Shown: positions 33,001-45,074, counted from the first letter of the stretch. The stretch is DNA of 64,000 bases from Microcaecilia unicolor (GCF_901765095.1 NC_044034.1:62498339-62562338); one strand, 5' to 3'. Made by a program: numbers and translations. The notes: generated by a model from the sequence alone, not told the origin.

Positions 33001-33704
33001 GTCTGTGTACAAGTAGGCTGGCTATTTCCTCCCTTTTCCACCCGGACTATCAGCAGGTATTTCTAGGTCCACCCACACTAGAGCATGGTCTGAAATTTCT
33101 TCGGGCCCTATGGTCTCTGCTAATGTCAGAGGAAACAAGGAACATTCCATCAAAATATAATCCAAACAGGCTTGTGTTCCATGAGCCCTTGACTGGTGAT
33201 TGTAATCTCGCTCACCCGGTTGCAGTGCCCTCCATACATCAACTAAGTTAAGAGATTTTGAGAGTATAGAGAACTCTCTGGTCCGTTGCCCTGAATAATG
33301 CAAAGAATTCGGGTTGGAACAGTCATAAACCGGGTCCGAAACTAAGTTAAAATCACCCAGTACCATCAACTTTGAGTTCTTATGTGCAAGCAACATCCAA
33401 CCAGCGATTTAAAAAAGACTGGGTCATAACAATTGAGACCATACAACACCACTAGCAGAAAGTCTATGCCTTGCAGCCATACATGTAAAATTATGTAATT
33501 CCCCTGTGTCCCTTTTGTCACCAAAGTAGCTTTATACGATAGCCCCTTTCGAAACAAAACTGCCATTCCCCCTTTCTGCCCCTGTGAGGCAGCCGCGTAA
33601 ATCTCCCCTACCCAGGATCTCTGCAACTTAGCGTGTTCTAAATCCGTGAGACGTGTCTCTTGCAAACAAGCTATATCTGATTTATGGCGTTTTAATGCTG
33701 ACAA
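30083..33704 (-). mobile_element. L1-like LINE copy, degraded, with ORF2 split by frameshifts into EN, RT and C-terminal pieces
   Basis: Five minus-strand ORFs cover the domains. 33366-33704 has the endonuclease N-terminus 'SALKRHKSDIACLQETRL'. 31585-31989 has RT 'GTRQGCPLSPLFFVISLEPL'. 30929-31723 has RT 'YADDLLLIL'. 30276-31007 holds the C-terminal domain. 30083-30307 holds the 'LGHMFWSCKGIASFW' Cys motif. The layout is collinear with the L1 at 11536-13668. Confidence 0.8.
30083..33704 (-). pseudogene. L1 ORF2 pseudogene (EN-RT-C domains, frameshifted)
   Basis: Frames switch between successive ORFs at about 33366-33396, 32183-33022, 31585-31989 and 30929-31007. Stop codons lie between the segments. 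Confidence 0.7.
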
Positions 33705-35071
33705 AATTTTAGAGTGCTTTATCGGGGAACTAATGCCCCCTACATTCCAAGATATTACTCATGTAGGCAAACGCTATTTAAAGAAACTAACATTGGTAAA
33801 GAGATATCCCCTATGCACATTCCTATCCCCTCCATTAAAACCTGTAAACATACATTCAGCAACATATTCATACAGATTCAATGCAATTTTGACCCTTCTT
33901 GCCCAGGTTAACAGTACCCTCAACCCTTCTATTTCCCGAGAACTCCTCCCCCTTCCCATGTAACCATTGTAAATCCAGTACAGGTCCCCTCATCCTTCCT
34001 ACCTTCCCTCCCCATTCCCCCCCAACCCTAAACTTAACCCAATCCATCTACCCAGGGAACAGACCTGGGGATGGAAGCAAAGATCACATTAAGTGCTAGG
34101 GACCCCAACCTCCAAATGCAACTGCTTATAGGCTATGTCACCATAATACACTATGTTAAAGCAACTAGTAATATATTTACTCCTGTACCACACCAACAAA
34201 TGCAACATGGATTAATCCGCATCAATCAATCTGTTGTTCAATAATGCTGATTTTGCCTCTGTTACAGTCTTGAAAGCTTGCCATTGACCTTGAATTGAAA
34301 CCCTTAATTGTGCTGGATATTGTAAAGCAAAATGAATTCTTTTATAAGAGCTGAGCAGAGAGGATGAAACTGTTGACGCTGCTTTGTGCGGGGGAGAAAT
34401 CTTGTAAAATCATCAGTATGTTGCGCCCGTCGTGCATCAGTGAGTCTCTCTGTAATTTAAACCCTCGAAGAATTTCAACTTTATGTCTGTAATTCAATAT
34501 TTTTGCCATAATTACTCTTGGTCAGTTCTGATCCTCCGATCTGCGCCCGACGCAATGTGCCCTTTCCACCACTACCGGGCCCATTGTGTCTGTAAGGGCC
34601 AATTCCTTAGCCAGCCAAGTCGCTAGGTTCCATTCAGGGAGTTTTTCTGTTAACCCCACTTTCTCCGAGGACAAGCAGGCTGCTTGTTCTCACTGATGGG
34701 TGACGTCCACGGCAGCCCCTCCAATCGGAATCTTCACTAGCAAAGTCCTTTGCTAGCCCTCGCGCGCCCGCGCGGCCGTCTTCCCGCCCGAAACCGGCTC
34801 GAGCCGGCCAGTCTTCTTTCGTCCGCACTTGGTACGGTTGTGTTTTTCGCCGTGTCGAGCCCCGGAGAGTCGACCTCGCGCGTCCTTTGTCTAATCGACG
34901 TGTTTTTTATTCGGAAAATATTAGAATTCGTTCGGGAAGTGCTCCGGAAGCCCCCTTGGGTTTCGTTTTGCCCCTTCCCGTATTTTCAGTCTTTGCCCCG
35001 GTAAGTTTTCTTTCGTCGTCGGGGTAGGCCTCTTTTCGGCCTCGGTCGAGATTTTTCTCCCTCAAAGTTTT

Positions 35072-37370
35072 TTGGTGCTCATTTTCGTCATTTTGGATTT
35101 TGATTTCGCCGGCGTGATTTTTCCGCCCATGACATCGAAGCCTTCCAGCGGCTTCAAGAAGTGCACCCAGTGCGCCCGGGTTATCTCGCTCACTGACAGG
35201 CACGCGTCGTGTCTTCAGTGTCTGGGGGCCGAGCACCGCCCTCAGGCCTGTAGTCTGTGTTCCCTTTTGCAAAGGCGGACTCAGGTAGCGAGATTGGCCC
35301 AGTGGAACGTTTTGTTCTCGGGCTCTTCGTCGGCATCGGCACCGGGGGTATCGTGTACATCGACGTCTTCAGCGTCCAGAGCTTCATCCTCGGCCGCCAG
35401 TGCATCGAGTGCATCGAGGCATCGGCCCTCTGCATCGGCGCCGAGACATCGGATAGCTGCATCGACGTCGGTGGTACCGGGACCTCGTCTGCTGATGTCG
35501 TCGGACGGTGGTGCATCGTCAGGTGAGGGCTGTCCATTCCCCTGCTGGTGGCGGTGAGCCTTCGGGTGGGTCTCCCCCTACCCTGAGGGCTCCTGCGGTA
35601 CAGCCCCCCCGAGACCGACCTCCTTCGGCCTCGGCCCCGAGGAAGCGACGGCTGGATTCTACATCCTCCTCGTCGGTACCGGGAAGCTCCGGTGACATGC
35701 TTCGTTCCAAGAAGTCGAAGAAGCATCGTCACCGGTCCCCTTCCCGTGTCGGTACCGAGAGCTCTGGGTCGCCGAGGGAGTCGGCACCCACCAGGCATCG
35801 GCACCGAGAGGACCGCTCACCCTCTGTTCAGGAGGTGTCGATGCGCTCCACTCTGGACAGCCCGGAACAGCCTCCACGCCCGGAACAGGTTCTGACGTCG
35901 ACGCCTGCATCAACCTCCATGCCTTTCTCTGCAGCCGCTCTGAACGAGAGCCTCCGGGCCGTTCTCCCAGAGATTCTGGGAGAGCTGTTGCGCCCTACCC
36001 CTCCGGTACCGGCGGTGCTTGCGCCACCGGTACCGTCGAGCGTGGCGCCGGCTGGCCCATCGCCCGAGGTGAGGTCTCCGGCGTTGGTGCCGCGTGCGGT
36101 GCCGGCTGCCGTCGCCTCCCAGGAGGGCTCCCCGACTACGTCGGCGGAGGGAGCTTCGCCGATGCGGGCGAGGGAGTCTACCTCTCGACGCCCCCATCGT
36201 GGACGTGGCTCCACGGAGTCGAGTCGGGCACGGTTGCAGACACAGGTCCGTGAACTTGTGTCTGACACCGAGGGTGAGGCCTCGTGGGAAGAGGAAGAAG
36301 ACCCCAGATATTTCTCTGACGAGGAGTCTGAGGGTCTTCCTTCCGATCCTACTCCCTCTCCTGAAAGACAGCTTTCTCCTCCTGAGAGTCTGTCTTTCGC
36401 TTCCTTTGTCCGGGAGATGTCTACGGCCATCCCCTTCCCGGTGGTTGTGGAGGACGAGCCCAGGGCTGAAATGTTTGAGCTCCTGGACTATCCTTCTCCA
36501 CCTAAGGAAGCGTCCACTGTTCCCTTGCACCATGTCCTGAAAAAGACATTGCTTGCGAACTGGACAAAACCATTAACTAACCCCCACATCCCCAAGAAGA
36601 TCGAGTCCCAGTACCGGATCCATGGGGACCCAGATCTGATGCGCACTCAGTTGCCTCATGATTCTGGAGTTGTGGATCTGGCCCTAAAGAAGGCTAAGAG
36701 TTCTAGGGAGCATGCTTCGGCGCCCCCGGGCAAGGACTCTAGAACCTTAGACTCCTTTGGGAGGAAGGCCTACCATTCTTCTATGCTCGTGGCCAAAATT
36801 CAGTCTTACCAGCTCTACACGAGCATACACATGCGGAACAATGTGCGGCAGTTGGCGGGCTTGGTTGATGCTCTCCCCCCTGAGCAAGCCAAACCTTTTC
36901 AGGAGGTGGTCAGGCAGCTGAAGGCGTGCAGAAAATTCCTGGCCAGAGGGGTGTATGACACCTTTGATGTTGCGTCCAGGGCCGCTGCTCAAGGTGTGGT
37001 GATGCGCAGGCTCTCATGGCTGCGTGCCTCCGACCTGGAGAATAGAATCCAGCAGCGGATTGCGGACTCGCCTTGCCGTGCAGATAACATTTTTGGAGAG
37101 AAAGTCGAGCAGGTGGTAGAGCAGCTCCACCAGCGGGACACCGCATTCGACAAGTTCTCCCGCCGGCAGCCTTCAGCTTCTACCTCTACAGGTAGAAGAT
37201 TTTTCGGGGGAAGGAAGACTGTTCCCTACTCTTCTGGCAAGCGTAGGTACAATCCTCCTTCTCGACAGCCTGCGGCCCAGGCTAAGCCCCAGCGCGCTCG
37301 CTCTCGTCAGCAGCGTGCGACTCAGCAAGGCCCCTCGGCTCCCCAGCAAAAGCAAGGGACGAGCTTTTGA
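35072..37370 (+). CDS. DIRS ORF1, gag-like, with an N-terminal CxxC...CxxC zinc-finger-like segment and a Ser/Pro/Arg-rich region
   Basis: ORF 35508-37370 of 620 aa is preceded in a neighbouring frame by 35072-35557 'CTQCARVISLTDRHASCLQCLGAEHRPQACSLCS'. Either a frameshift or alternative start lies near 35510, so the exact start is uncertain. The frame is continuous to a stop at 37370, which overlaps the ORF2 start as is usual for DIRS. Confidence 0.6.
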
Positions 37371-39192
37371 CTGGCTCCAGCAGAGCATAGCCGACATCCA
37401 AGTGTCAGTGCCGGGCGACCTGCCAGTCGGAGGGAGGTTGAAAGCTTTTCACCAAAGGTGGCCTCTCATAACCTCCGATCAGTGGGTTCTGCAAATAGTC
37501 CGGCAAGGATACACCCTCAATTTGGCCTCAAAACCTCCAAATTGTCCACCGGGAGCTCAGTCTTACAGCTTCCAGCACAAGCAGGTACTTGCAGAGGAAC
37601 TCTCCGCCCTTCTCAGCGCCAATGCGGTCGAGCCCGTGCCATCCGGGCAAGAAGGGCTGGGATTCTATTCCAGGTACTTCCTTGTGGAAAAGAAAACAGG
37701 GGGGATGCGTCCCATCCTAGACCTAAGGGCCCTGAACAAATATCTGGTCAAAGAAAAGTTCAGGATGCTTTCCCTGGGCACCCTACTTCCCATGATTCAG
37801 GAAAACGATTGGCTATGCTCTCTGGACTTGAAGGATGCCTACACACACATCCCGATACTGCCAGCTCACAGACAGTATCTGCGATTTCAGCTGGGCACAT
37901 GTCACTTCCAGTACTGTGTGCTACCCTTTGGGCTCGCCTCTGCGCCCAGGGTGTTCACAAAGTGCTTGGCTGTAGTAGCAGCAGCACTTCGAAGGCTGGG
38001 AGTGCACGTGTTCCCATATCTCGACGATTGGCTGGTGAAGAACACGTCCGAGGCAGGAGCCCTGCAGTCCATGCAGATGACTATTCGCCTCCTGGAGCTA
38101 CTGGGGTTTGTGATAAATTACCCAAAGTCCCATCTTCTCCCAGCGCAGAGACTCGAATTCATAGGAGCTCTGCTGGATTCTCGGACGGCTCGCGCCTATC
38201 TCCCAGAGGCGAGAGCCAACAACTTGTTGTCCCTCGTCTCTCGGGTGCGAGCGTCCCAGCAGATCACAGCTCGGCAGATGTTGAGATTGCTGGGCCACAT
38301 GGCCTCCACAGTTCATGTGACTCCCATGGCCCGCCTTCACATGAGGTCTGCTCAATGGACCCTAGCTTCCCAGTGGTTTCAGGCTGCTGGGGATCTAGAA
38401 GACGTGATCCACCTGTCCACGAGTTTTCTCGAATCCCTGTATTGGTGGACGATTTGGTCCAATTTGACTCTGGGACGTCCTTTCCAAATTCCTCAGCCAC
38501 AAAAAGTGCTGACCACGGATGCGTCTCTCCTGGGATGGGGAGCTCATGTCGATGGGCTTCACACCCAAGGAAGCTGGTCCCTCCAGGAACGCGATCTACA
38601 GATCAATCTTCTGGAGTTGCGAGCGATCTGGAACGCTCTGAAGGCTTTCAGAGATCGGCTGTCCCACCAAATTATCCAAATTCAGACAGACAACCAGGTT
38701 GCCATGTACTACGTCAACAAGCAGGGGGGCACTGGATCTCGCCCCCTGTGTCAGGAAGCCGTCAGCATGTGGCTCTGGGCTCGCCGTCACGGCATGGTGC
38801 TCCAAGCCACATATCTGGCAGGCGTAAACAACAGTCTGGCCGACAGGTTGAGCAGGATTATGCAACCTCACGAGTGGTCGCTCAACTCCCGAGTGGTGCG
38901 CCAGATCTTCCAAGCGTGGGGCACCCCCTTGGTGGATCTCTTCGCATCTCGAGCCAACCACAAAGTCCCTCAGTTCTGTTCCAGGCTTCAGGCCCACGGC
39001 AGACTGGCATCGGATGCCTTCCTCCTGGATTGGGGGGAGGGCCTGCTGTATGCTTATCCTCCCATACCTCTGGTGGGGAAGACTTTGTTGAAACTCAAGC
39101 AAGACCGAGGCACCATGATTCTGATTGCTCCTTTTTGGCCGCGTCAGATCTGGTTCCCTCTTCTTCTGGAGTTATCCTCCGAAGAACCGTGA
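37315..39192 (+). CDS. DIRS ORF2, reverse transcriptase, RNase H and the post-RNH domain; 625 aa, intact
   Basis: RT motifs include 'YFLVEKKTGGMRPILDLRALNKYL', 'LDLKDAYTHIPI' and 'FPYLDDWLV'. The RNase H has 'LTTDASLLGWGAHVDG' and 'IQTDNQVAMYYVNKQGGTGSRPL'. The C-terminal segment 'LLYAYPPIPLVGKTLLKLKQDRGTMILIAPFWPRQIWFPLL' is typical of DIRS. Confidence 0.9.
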   Translation: MRLSKAPRLPSKSKGRAFDWLQQSIADIQVSVPGDLPVGGRLKAFHQRWPLITSDQWVLQIVRQGYTLNLASKPPNCPPGAQSYSFQHKQVLAEELSALLSANAVEPVPSGQEGLGFYSRYFLVEKKTGGMRPILDLRALNKYLVKEKFRMLSLGTLLPMIQENDWLCSLDLKDAYTHIPILPAHRQYLRFQLGTCHFQYCVLPFGLASAPRVFTKCLAVVAAALRRLGVHVFPYLDDWLVKNTSEAGALQSMQMTIRLLELLGFVINYPKSHLLPAQRLEFIGALLDSRTARAYLPEARANNLLSLVSRVRASQQITARQMLRLLGHMASTVHVTPMARLHMRSAQWTLASQWFQAAGDLEDVIHLSTSFLESLYWWTIWSNLTLGRPFQIPQPQKVLTTDASLLGWGAHVDGLHTQGSWSLQERDLQINLLELRAIWNALKAFRDRLSHQIIQIQTDNQVAMYYVNKQGGTGSRPLCQEAVSMWLWARRHGMVLQATYLAGVNNSLADRLSRIMQPHEWSLNSRVVRQIFQAWGTPLVDLFASRANHKVPQFCSRLQAHGRLASDAFLLDWGEGLLYAYPPIPLVGKTLLKLKQDRGTMILIAPFWPRQIWFPLLLELSSEEP

Positions 39193-40331
39193 AGATTGGA
39201 GTGTTTTCCGACCCTCATCACGCAGGACGAAGGGGCTCTTCTGCATCCCAGCCTCCGGTCCCTGGCTCTCACGGCTTGGATGTTGAGAGCGTAGACTTTG
39301 CCTCTTTGGGTCTGTCAGAGGGTGTCTCCCGCATCTTGCTTGCTTCCAGGAAAGATTCCACTAAGAGGAGTTACTTCTTTCTGTGGAGGAGGTTTGCCGT
39401 CTGGTGTGACAGCAAGGCCCTAGATCCTCGCTCTTGTCCTACACAGACCCTGCTTGAATACCTTCTGCACTTGTCTGAGTCTGGCCTCAAGACCAACTCT
39501 GTAAGGGTTCACCTTAGTGCAATCAGTGCATACCATTACCATGTGGAAGGTAAGCCGATCTCAGGACAGCCTTTAGTTGTTCGCTTCATGAGAGGTTTGC
39601 TTTTGTCAAAGCCCCCTGTCAAGCCTCCTACAGTGTCATGGGATCTCAATGTCGTTCTCACCCAGCTGATGAAACCTCCTTTTGAGCCACTGAACTCCTG
39701 CCATCTGAAGTACTTGACCTGGAAGGTCATTTTCTTGGTGGCAGTTACTTCAGCTCGTAGAGTCAGTGAGCTTCAGGCCCTGGTAGCCCAGGCCCCTTAC
39801 ACCAAATTTCATCATAACAGAGTAGTCCTCCGCACTCACCCTAAGTTCCTGCCAAAGGTCGTGTCGGAGTTCCATCTGAACCAGTCAATTGTCTTGCCAA
39901 CATTCTTTCCCCGTCCTCATTCCTGCCCTGCTGAACGTCAGCTGCACACATTGGACTGCAAGAGAGCATTGGCCTTCTATCTGGAGCGGACACAGCCCAA
40001 CAGACAGTCCGCCCAATTGTTTGTTTCTTTTGATCCCAATAGGAGGGGAGTGGCTGTGGGGAAACGCACCATATCCAATTGGCTAGCAGATTGCATTTCC
40101 TTCACTTACGCCCAGGCGGGGCTGGCTCTTGAGGGTCATGTCACGGCTCATAATGTTAGAGCCATGGCTGCGTCGGTAGCCCACTTGAAGTCAGCCTCCA
40201 TTGAAGAAATTTGCAAAGCTGCGACGTGGTCATCTGTCCACACATTCACATCTCATTACTGCCTGCAGCAGGATACCCGACGCGACAGTCGGTTCGGGCA
40301 GTCAGTTCTTCAGAACCTGTTTGGGCTTTAG
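39193..40331 (+). CDS. DIRS ORF3, tyrosine recombinase (YR), the C-terminal part of the long 37458-40331 frame
   Basis: The YR region has 'SKRSYFFLWRRFAVWCD', 'VTSARRVSELQAL' (the catalytic R box), 'GHVTAHNVRAMAAS' (the H-x-x-R box) and 'ATWSSVHTFTSHY' (the catalytic Tyr region). The exact YR start inside the overlapping frame is uncertain. Confidence 0.8.
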
Positions 40332-40861
40332 GATCCAACTCCACCCCCCGAGGGCCCTGTTTGTTCTGTTCCAGGCTGCACTCTCAGTTAGTTGGTAAAT
40401 TTTTTTAGGTCAATCTCAGTTATGTCCTCGCCGTTGCGAGGCCCAATTGACCATGGTTGTTGTTTTGAGTGAGCCTGGGGGCTAGGGATACCCCATCAGT
40501 GAGAACAAGCAGCCTGCTTGTCCTCGGAGAAAGCGAATGCTACATACCTGTAGAAGGTATTCTCCGAGGACAGCAGGCTGATTGTTCTCACAAACCCGCC
40601 CGCCTCCCCTTTGGAGTTGTGTCTTCCCTTCTCTTGTCTTGCTACATATGAAACTGGCCGGCTCGAGCCGGTTTCGGGCGGGAAGACGGCCGCGCATGCG
40701 CGCGAGGGCTAGCAAAGGACTTTGCTAGTGAAGATTCCGATTGGAGGGGCTGCCGTGGACGTCACCCATCAGTGAGAACAATCAGCCTGCTGTCCTCGGA
40801 GAATACCTTCTATAGGTATGTAGCATTCGGTATACGCAAGTTGTTCCTGTGGGAGCGGTTT

Positions 40862-41341
40862 TCAAGATCTTCCAGTTTGTTCATTTGTTCCTTTAGCTGC
40901 TATGTCTGGGCCGTACACGTGGGAGTCATCCTCCAGAGCCGAAACCCTGGCTTCTAAGTCCCCCGTGCGGGTCCCCAAACCGTCCAGCATCGTTTGAAAC
41001 AAATCCAGTTTTTGATCCATCATTTCCCACTTCTGCTCCCAGGCTTTCTCTACTGCTGATGTTAGCTGCAGGAGCTGGGTGTCAGTAAAGGCCGGTGGCG
41101 GCAAGGGAGGATCCTTCGCCATGTTGGCCTCCACACTGCCAGGCTTACTTTTTTCTTTAACAGCCTTATGCGCATCCCAGCAGGCAATTTGTTCAAATGT
41201 TTGTCCATAAAGAAATGTCCCACCACCATCCAGCACCAAACAAAGATATAGTGCAGCAGTTAAGATGATATGGATGCGAGGGCCCCAGAGCTTCAGCAAG
41301 ATGGTGCTGTTCAGCTCATAGCAGCACGTGATGTTCTGCAT
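40862..41341 (-). repeat. L1 ORF1-like coiled-coil fragment, possibly the 5' part of an L1 copy
   Basis: The ORF has 'QLLQLTSAVEKAWEQKWEMMDQKLDLFQTMLDGLGTRTGDLEARVSALEDD', a heptad-rich coiled coil similar in style to the region upstream of 'RRNNLR' in the 10086-10560 fragment. The RRNN motif itself is not intact here. Confidence 0.35.
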
Positions 41342-41439
41342 ATTTTATAAAATACACATGTACATTACAATTTCAGCTCCTCTTCATCCAAACTATGCCT
41401 GCGAGGGCTCATGTATAAGTGTGCACAATCCTTTAGGCA

Positions 41440-41760
41440 CTGTCACGAACCCACCTGGGGTTACCCTGCGGCCACTTAGATGGTCTATCCCCAGCACAGC
41501 TCAGGTCCACCTGCACCTGCTTCTTGTGCTCTACACTAGTATTCTCCTCCCACTGACTGGGTCACAACTGCCTCTGGGTGAGTCTCCCACTCACAGATTA
41601 TCCCCAGTGATTTCTAGGTTTCTGGAGCCACACTCCCAGTGGTCCCACAGTCCCCAGAGAGCACTCACAGACCAACACACAAACCACCAGGATTCTTTAT
41701 CAATCCAGGCAAACAGGGTGAACAAACAATTTGTTTATTCTCTTAAAAAATATTGAACAG
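41440..41760 (+). repeat. Partial copy of repeat family R1
   Basis: Segment 'ccagcacagctcaggtccacctgcacctgcttcttgtgctctacactagtattctcc...gtgatttctaggtttctggagccacactcccagtggtcccacag' matches the other R1 copies. Confidence 0.5.
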
Positions 41761-42699
41761 TGGAACAAAATAGTTCAATTGGCAAACAATAACAGGTAAC
41801 TGAAATATGGATCAATTATAACACTAACTAAACACTTACATACTGCCTAGAAAGTACCTGGGGAGATCAGGGCATATATCTGTTCACAGAGCTTCAGCAA
41901 AACAGATCTCTCTCTCTCTCTTCTTCTCCCAGGCTGAAACTGAAGCAACAGCCAGCATCTGCTGGGTAATTTCAAAACTCCAGGCCAGTCATAGCCCAGA
42001 ACAGTTAAGTTTCAAATAAAAACTGGTTACATCACTACAGGCACTTCCTATTATCTGTGTTCCAAATAAAAGAAAGAGATGTCAGTCCTCTGTAACAGCT
42101 TAAAGCGTAAACATGCACGATCTGCTGGCCAAACAGGAGAAATATACTTCAGACATATTTAAGACAGGAAAATATCCAATACATTTTACAGACTTAAAAC
42201 CCACTGTTTCTTCACAGGCACATATACTTACATGCATGTAAACAGTTACAGAGTTTTTTTAAAAGGCCTTTTCTGCCCCTTAGCATCAGCTCTACACACA
42301 GAAAATCTTTTATAAAATTACCCCCACAGTGGATAGATGGTGCTGCAATTATTTAGAAAGGGTCTTGACACCTTGTTGGACAAATGAGCATCAACTACTT
42401 TTTGTAGATCCTCTGATATTTCTTTTGACCTTAGAATGAGTTGCTACTAAATTTTTTTTGGTGAAGGCCAAACTCAGAATCTTTTAGATGCCCAAATATT
42501 CTCATGCAGATAGATTCACTTTGCAGAACAGATTACTTGTTACCCAGTTATTTAAGCACTTGAATTTAATTAGCCAATTAATTGTGCTAAGGGAGGTAGG
42601 ATACACTTACTGTTCACACACCGATGGTAAACTAGTCTTATTGTTCCTACTTTGTAAATTATAGTTTCTCATGAAACATGGAATTGTTTAATTTATACC

Positions 42700-43400
42700 C
42701 TTTTTGTTACATAAGCAAATAGTCCGATCCCTATTTAGCTCATGGTGGCCAGAATTAGCCCCGGATATTCAGTGCTGGGCCGTGTTTAGGCAACCGCATT
42801 GAATATCTGGGGGTAATTCAATGGTGTTAACTGCCGGAGCTTATGTAAGTCCAGGATGATAGTCAGCTGGGATCTGCATAAAACACCTAGGCAGATCCCA
42901 GCTGAATATTGGCGAGGACCTGCATAAAAACAAATGCAAAGTCTGGCATTCCCCTCCCCTCCCTAGGCCCTCTGGGCTTGCCTAAAAAGTTCCTGGTGAT
43001 CTAGAAGAAACTCGGGTAGGAGAAATTCCCACTTGTTCCTGTTTGGTACCAGCCTGCATTCCAAAATGGCTGCTGCAGCCTCGCTAGACCCTATGTAAGT
43101 TTAACCAGGTCACAGCTGATATCGGACCAGTGCCCGGTTAAATTTGTTGCATAAAATTTTAGGACAGCCTTTTTCTGTCGTAACTTTATGCTCCAACCTA
43201 GCTGCTTTGCAGTCTGAATATTGCCGCTAACCAGCCTGAGCTGTGTGCCACCTGATTTCCAACCTTAGCTCACCCCTAACCTCACTGGTTGGCCATTTAG
43301 TGGCAGCATTAATCGGCACTGTCCGGTTAAGTGCTGTTGAATATTGCTGGTTAATCCTGACTAAGCAGTTTAAATGGCCTGGAGCTTCTTCTTTGAATAT
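42700..43400. repeat. Unclassified repeat with reiterated 'tgaatattg' and 'ccggttaa' motifs
   Basis: The motifs recur as 'ccggatattcagtgctggg', 'gctgaatattggcgagg', 'tgaatattgccgctaaccag' and 'gttgaatattgctggttaatcc'. 'cagctg..atc.ga' appears on both sides of the region. Confidence 0.3.
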
Positions 43401-43956
43401 AGGGTGGATTGTTTTCAATTAAACAAAAGTCTTATGGTAAGAATTTGTACTTATTATTTAGGTGTTCACAAACTGTCTTAGCACTGTACGTACATATCCA
43501 CCTCTTCCACTATACTTTGTGCATCTGATGAAGTGGACTCTTGTTCTTGAAAGCTTATGCCTCAATAAATCTTTCAGGCACCACCTGCATCTTTTGATGA
43601 TTTTGTTTCTACAGATTAACCTGGCTACCCCTCTGGCTAATTTCTCCTAGAGAATCATCCTGAAAAAAAGTTGAAAAGCAAGGGGAGAATAAGGTTTAAA
43701 AAGCAAATATAGAAAATGCATACATGTATCCACTGGAGTACTGTCCTTGGAATCTGCTACTGTTTAAAATCTCACTTTGGGAATATCTCAAATTATTTAT
43801 CATAAATAGTTTTTAACTTGGTTGTCAACTAATGTTATCTGTGACTCAAATTATCTTTTTACTCTTTTTTTTCCCCATGATAAGTATTCTAGCATACCAA
43901 GACTGATGTCCTTGAACATGTAACCATTTATTGCTTGTGTATTTTATTATGCAAAG

Positions 43957-44140
43957 TACCTGCATCAAATACTCAAAACCCAGTGAAACAGATGGCTCCC
44001 GGCTCTTAGTGGTATGTAGCGTGGCTCTTGGGAAATGCATGGAGCTGTACGAGACAGATTTTTCATTAGCCAAAGCCCCAGCAGGATATCAGAGTGTACA
44101 TGGGGTTCGGAAAGCACCAGGCAGCCTCTCGGACTTTGAG
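43957..44140 (+). CDS. PARP4: PARP4 exon, catalytic domain
   Basis: Acceptor 'ttattatgcaaag|TACC' and donor 'TTTGAG|gtatga'. Encodes 'STCIKYSKPSETDGSRLLVVCSVALGKCMELYETDFSLAKAPAGYQSVHGVRKAPGSLSDFE', which is highly similar to my recollection of human PARP4 'STSIKYSHPGETDGTRLLLICDVALGKCMDLHEKDFSLTEAPPGYDSVHGV'. Confidence 0.85.
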
Positions 44141-44924
44141 GTATGAAAATACATATTGAACCATACCAGTAATGAGTCTTGAGAACCTTAAAAACCATTG
44201 ACAGGGCTCTCATTTAGGCACTTAACAGCATATATAGAATTTGGCCCTAAAAGTTACGTGCATTAAATTGGACGTGCACCCCCATTTAATGCGCATAACT
44301 TAATGAGTCAATCTGCACTGATAATTGGTGATAAATTTAAATGTTAAATTTTCACACCGAGTTTTAGACACTACTTATAGAATATACCCCTTAATGTTTA
44401 GAATATTTTACGGTATGCACCACTCTTCCATACTTATGTACTTGCACTTACAGTAGCCCTATGACTGGCGTAAGTGTGAGCACCTAAATGTTAGGTGCAT
44501 TGATACTCAGTTGAAGTAGGCACCTGCTGCGTTCCAGTTATAGAATTGCTCATAAAGTGTGCCCTGGAACTGTCTAATTATGTTGCACGCCACCATTCTG
44601 GTGCCCTATATCTTGGTCACCTGTCTGCTGCTATTTGTTCATTATGTCTGTGCTTCTCGCATGTTTTTTGTGGGCGCTTGCATGAATTATTGTTGATAGT
44701 GTCCCATTTAAAAAAAAATTTGTCTTAATAAATTTGGATATTTAAGCTGTTTAATCTTTTGTTTTGATTGCTTGCTTGTTCCAGTTTGCATTTGTGTTAT
44801 GATACAGTTCAGTTGCATTAAAAGAAGCACATTTAGACAAATGGGTGGATGTTTTTTGGTGTGATTTGTAACTGTAATATATGTCTATATATCTATATAC
44901 AGGTTTGTAATTTTTTTTTTATAG

Positions 44925-45074
44925 GATGATGAATTTGTTATATATAATACAAACCAGGTCAAAATGGGATATATTGTAAAATTTTGCCTGGAGGAAGACA
45001 ATGTGAAAGAGTTTTTTCCTGATATAAGTATTACTGAGGTGGCAGAAAGAGTTCCATGTCATTTACAGTCAGAA
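44925..45074 (+). CDS. PARP4: PARP4 exon, end of the catalytic domain
   Basis: Acceptor 'ttttttatag|GATGAT' and donor 'TCAGAAG|gtaaag'. Encodes 'DDEFVIYNTNQVKMGYIVKFCLEEDNVKEFFPDISITEVAERVPCHLQSE'. Compare 'DDEFVVYKTNQVKMKYIIKF'. Confidence 0.85.

Larger units (their letters stand above)
34655..40828 (+). mobile_element. DIRS-like tyrosine-recombinase retrotransposon, full length. It has gag-like, RT/RNaseH and YR ORFs, inverted terminal repeats and an internal complementary region.
   Basis: The left ITR at 34655-34812 'ttctccgaggacaagcaggctgcttgttctcactgatgggtgacgtccacggcagcccctccaatcggaatcttcactagcaaagtcctttgctagccctcgcgcgcccgcgcggccgtcttcccgcccgaaaccggctcgagccggccag' is the near-exact reverse complement of the right ITR at 40653-40800. 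The ICR at 40488-40600 joins right-end-like and left-start-like sequence as 'cagtgagaacaagcagcctgcttgtcctcggagaa' followed by '..ttctccgaggacagcaggctgattgttctcac'. The RT carries 'YLDDWL', which is DIRS-type. Confidence 0.9.

Noticed and set aside
37458-39190. First two thirds of the 957 aa ORF 37458-40331 overlaps the DIRS RT ORF in another frame
   Set aside because: Only the C-terminal third, from about 39193, shows tyrosine-recombinase motifs. The N-terminal part is Ser/Pro/Arg/Gly-rich with no domain signature and overlaps the well-supported RT/RNase H frame. It is treated as spurious upstream extension.
40201-40408. Short ORFs at the 3' end of the DIRS element
   Set aside because: They overlap the YR ORF terminus and the ICR in alternative frames and give no independent support.
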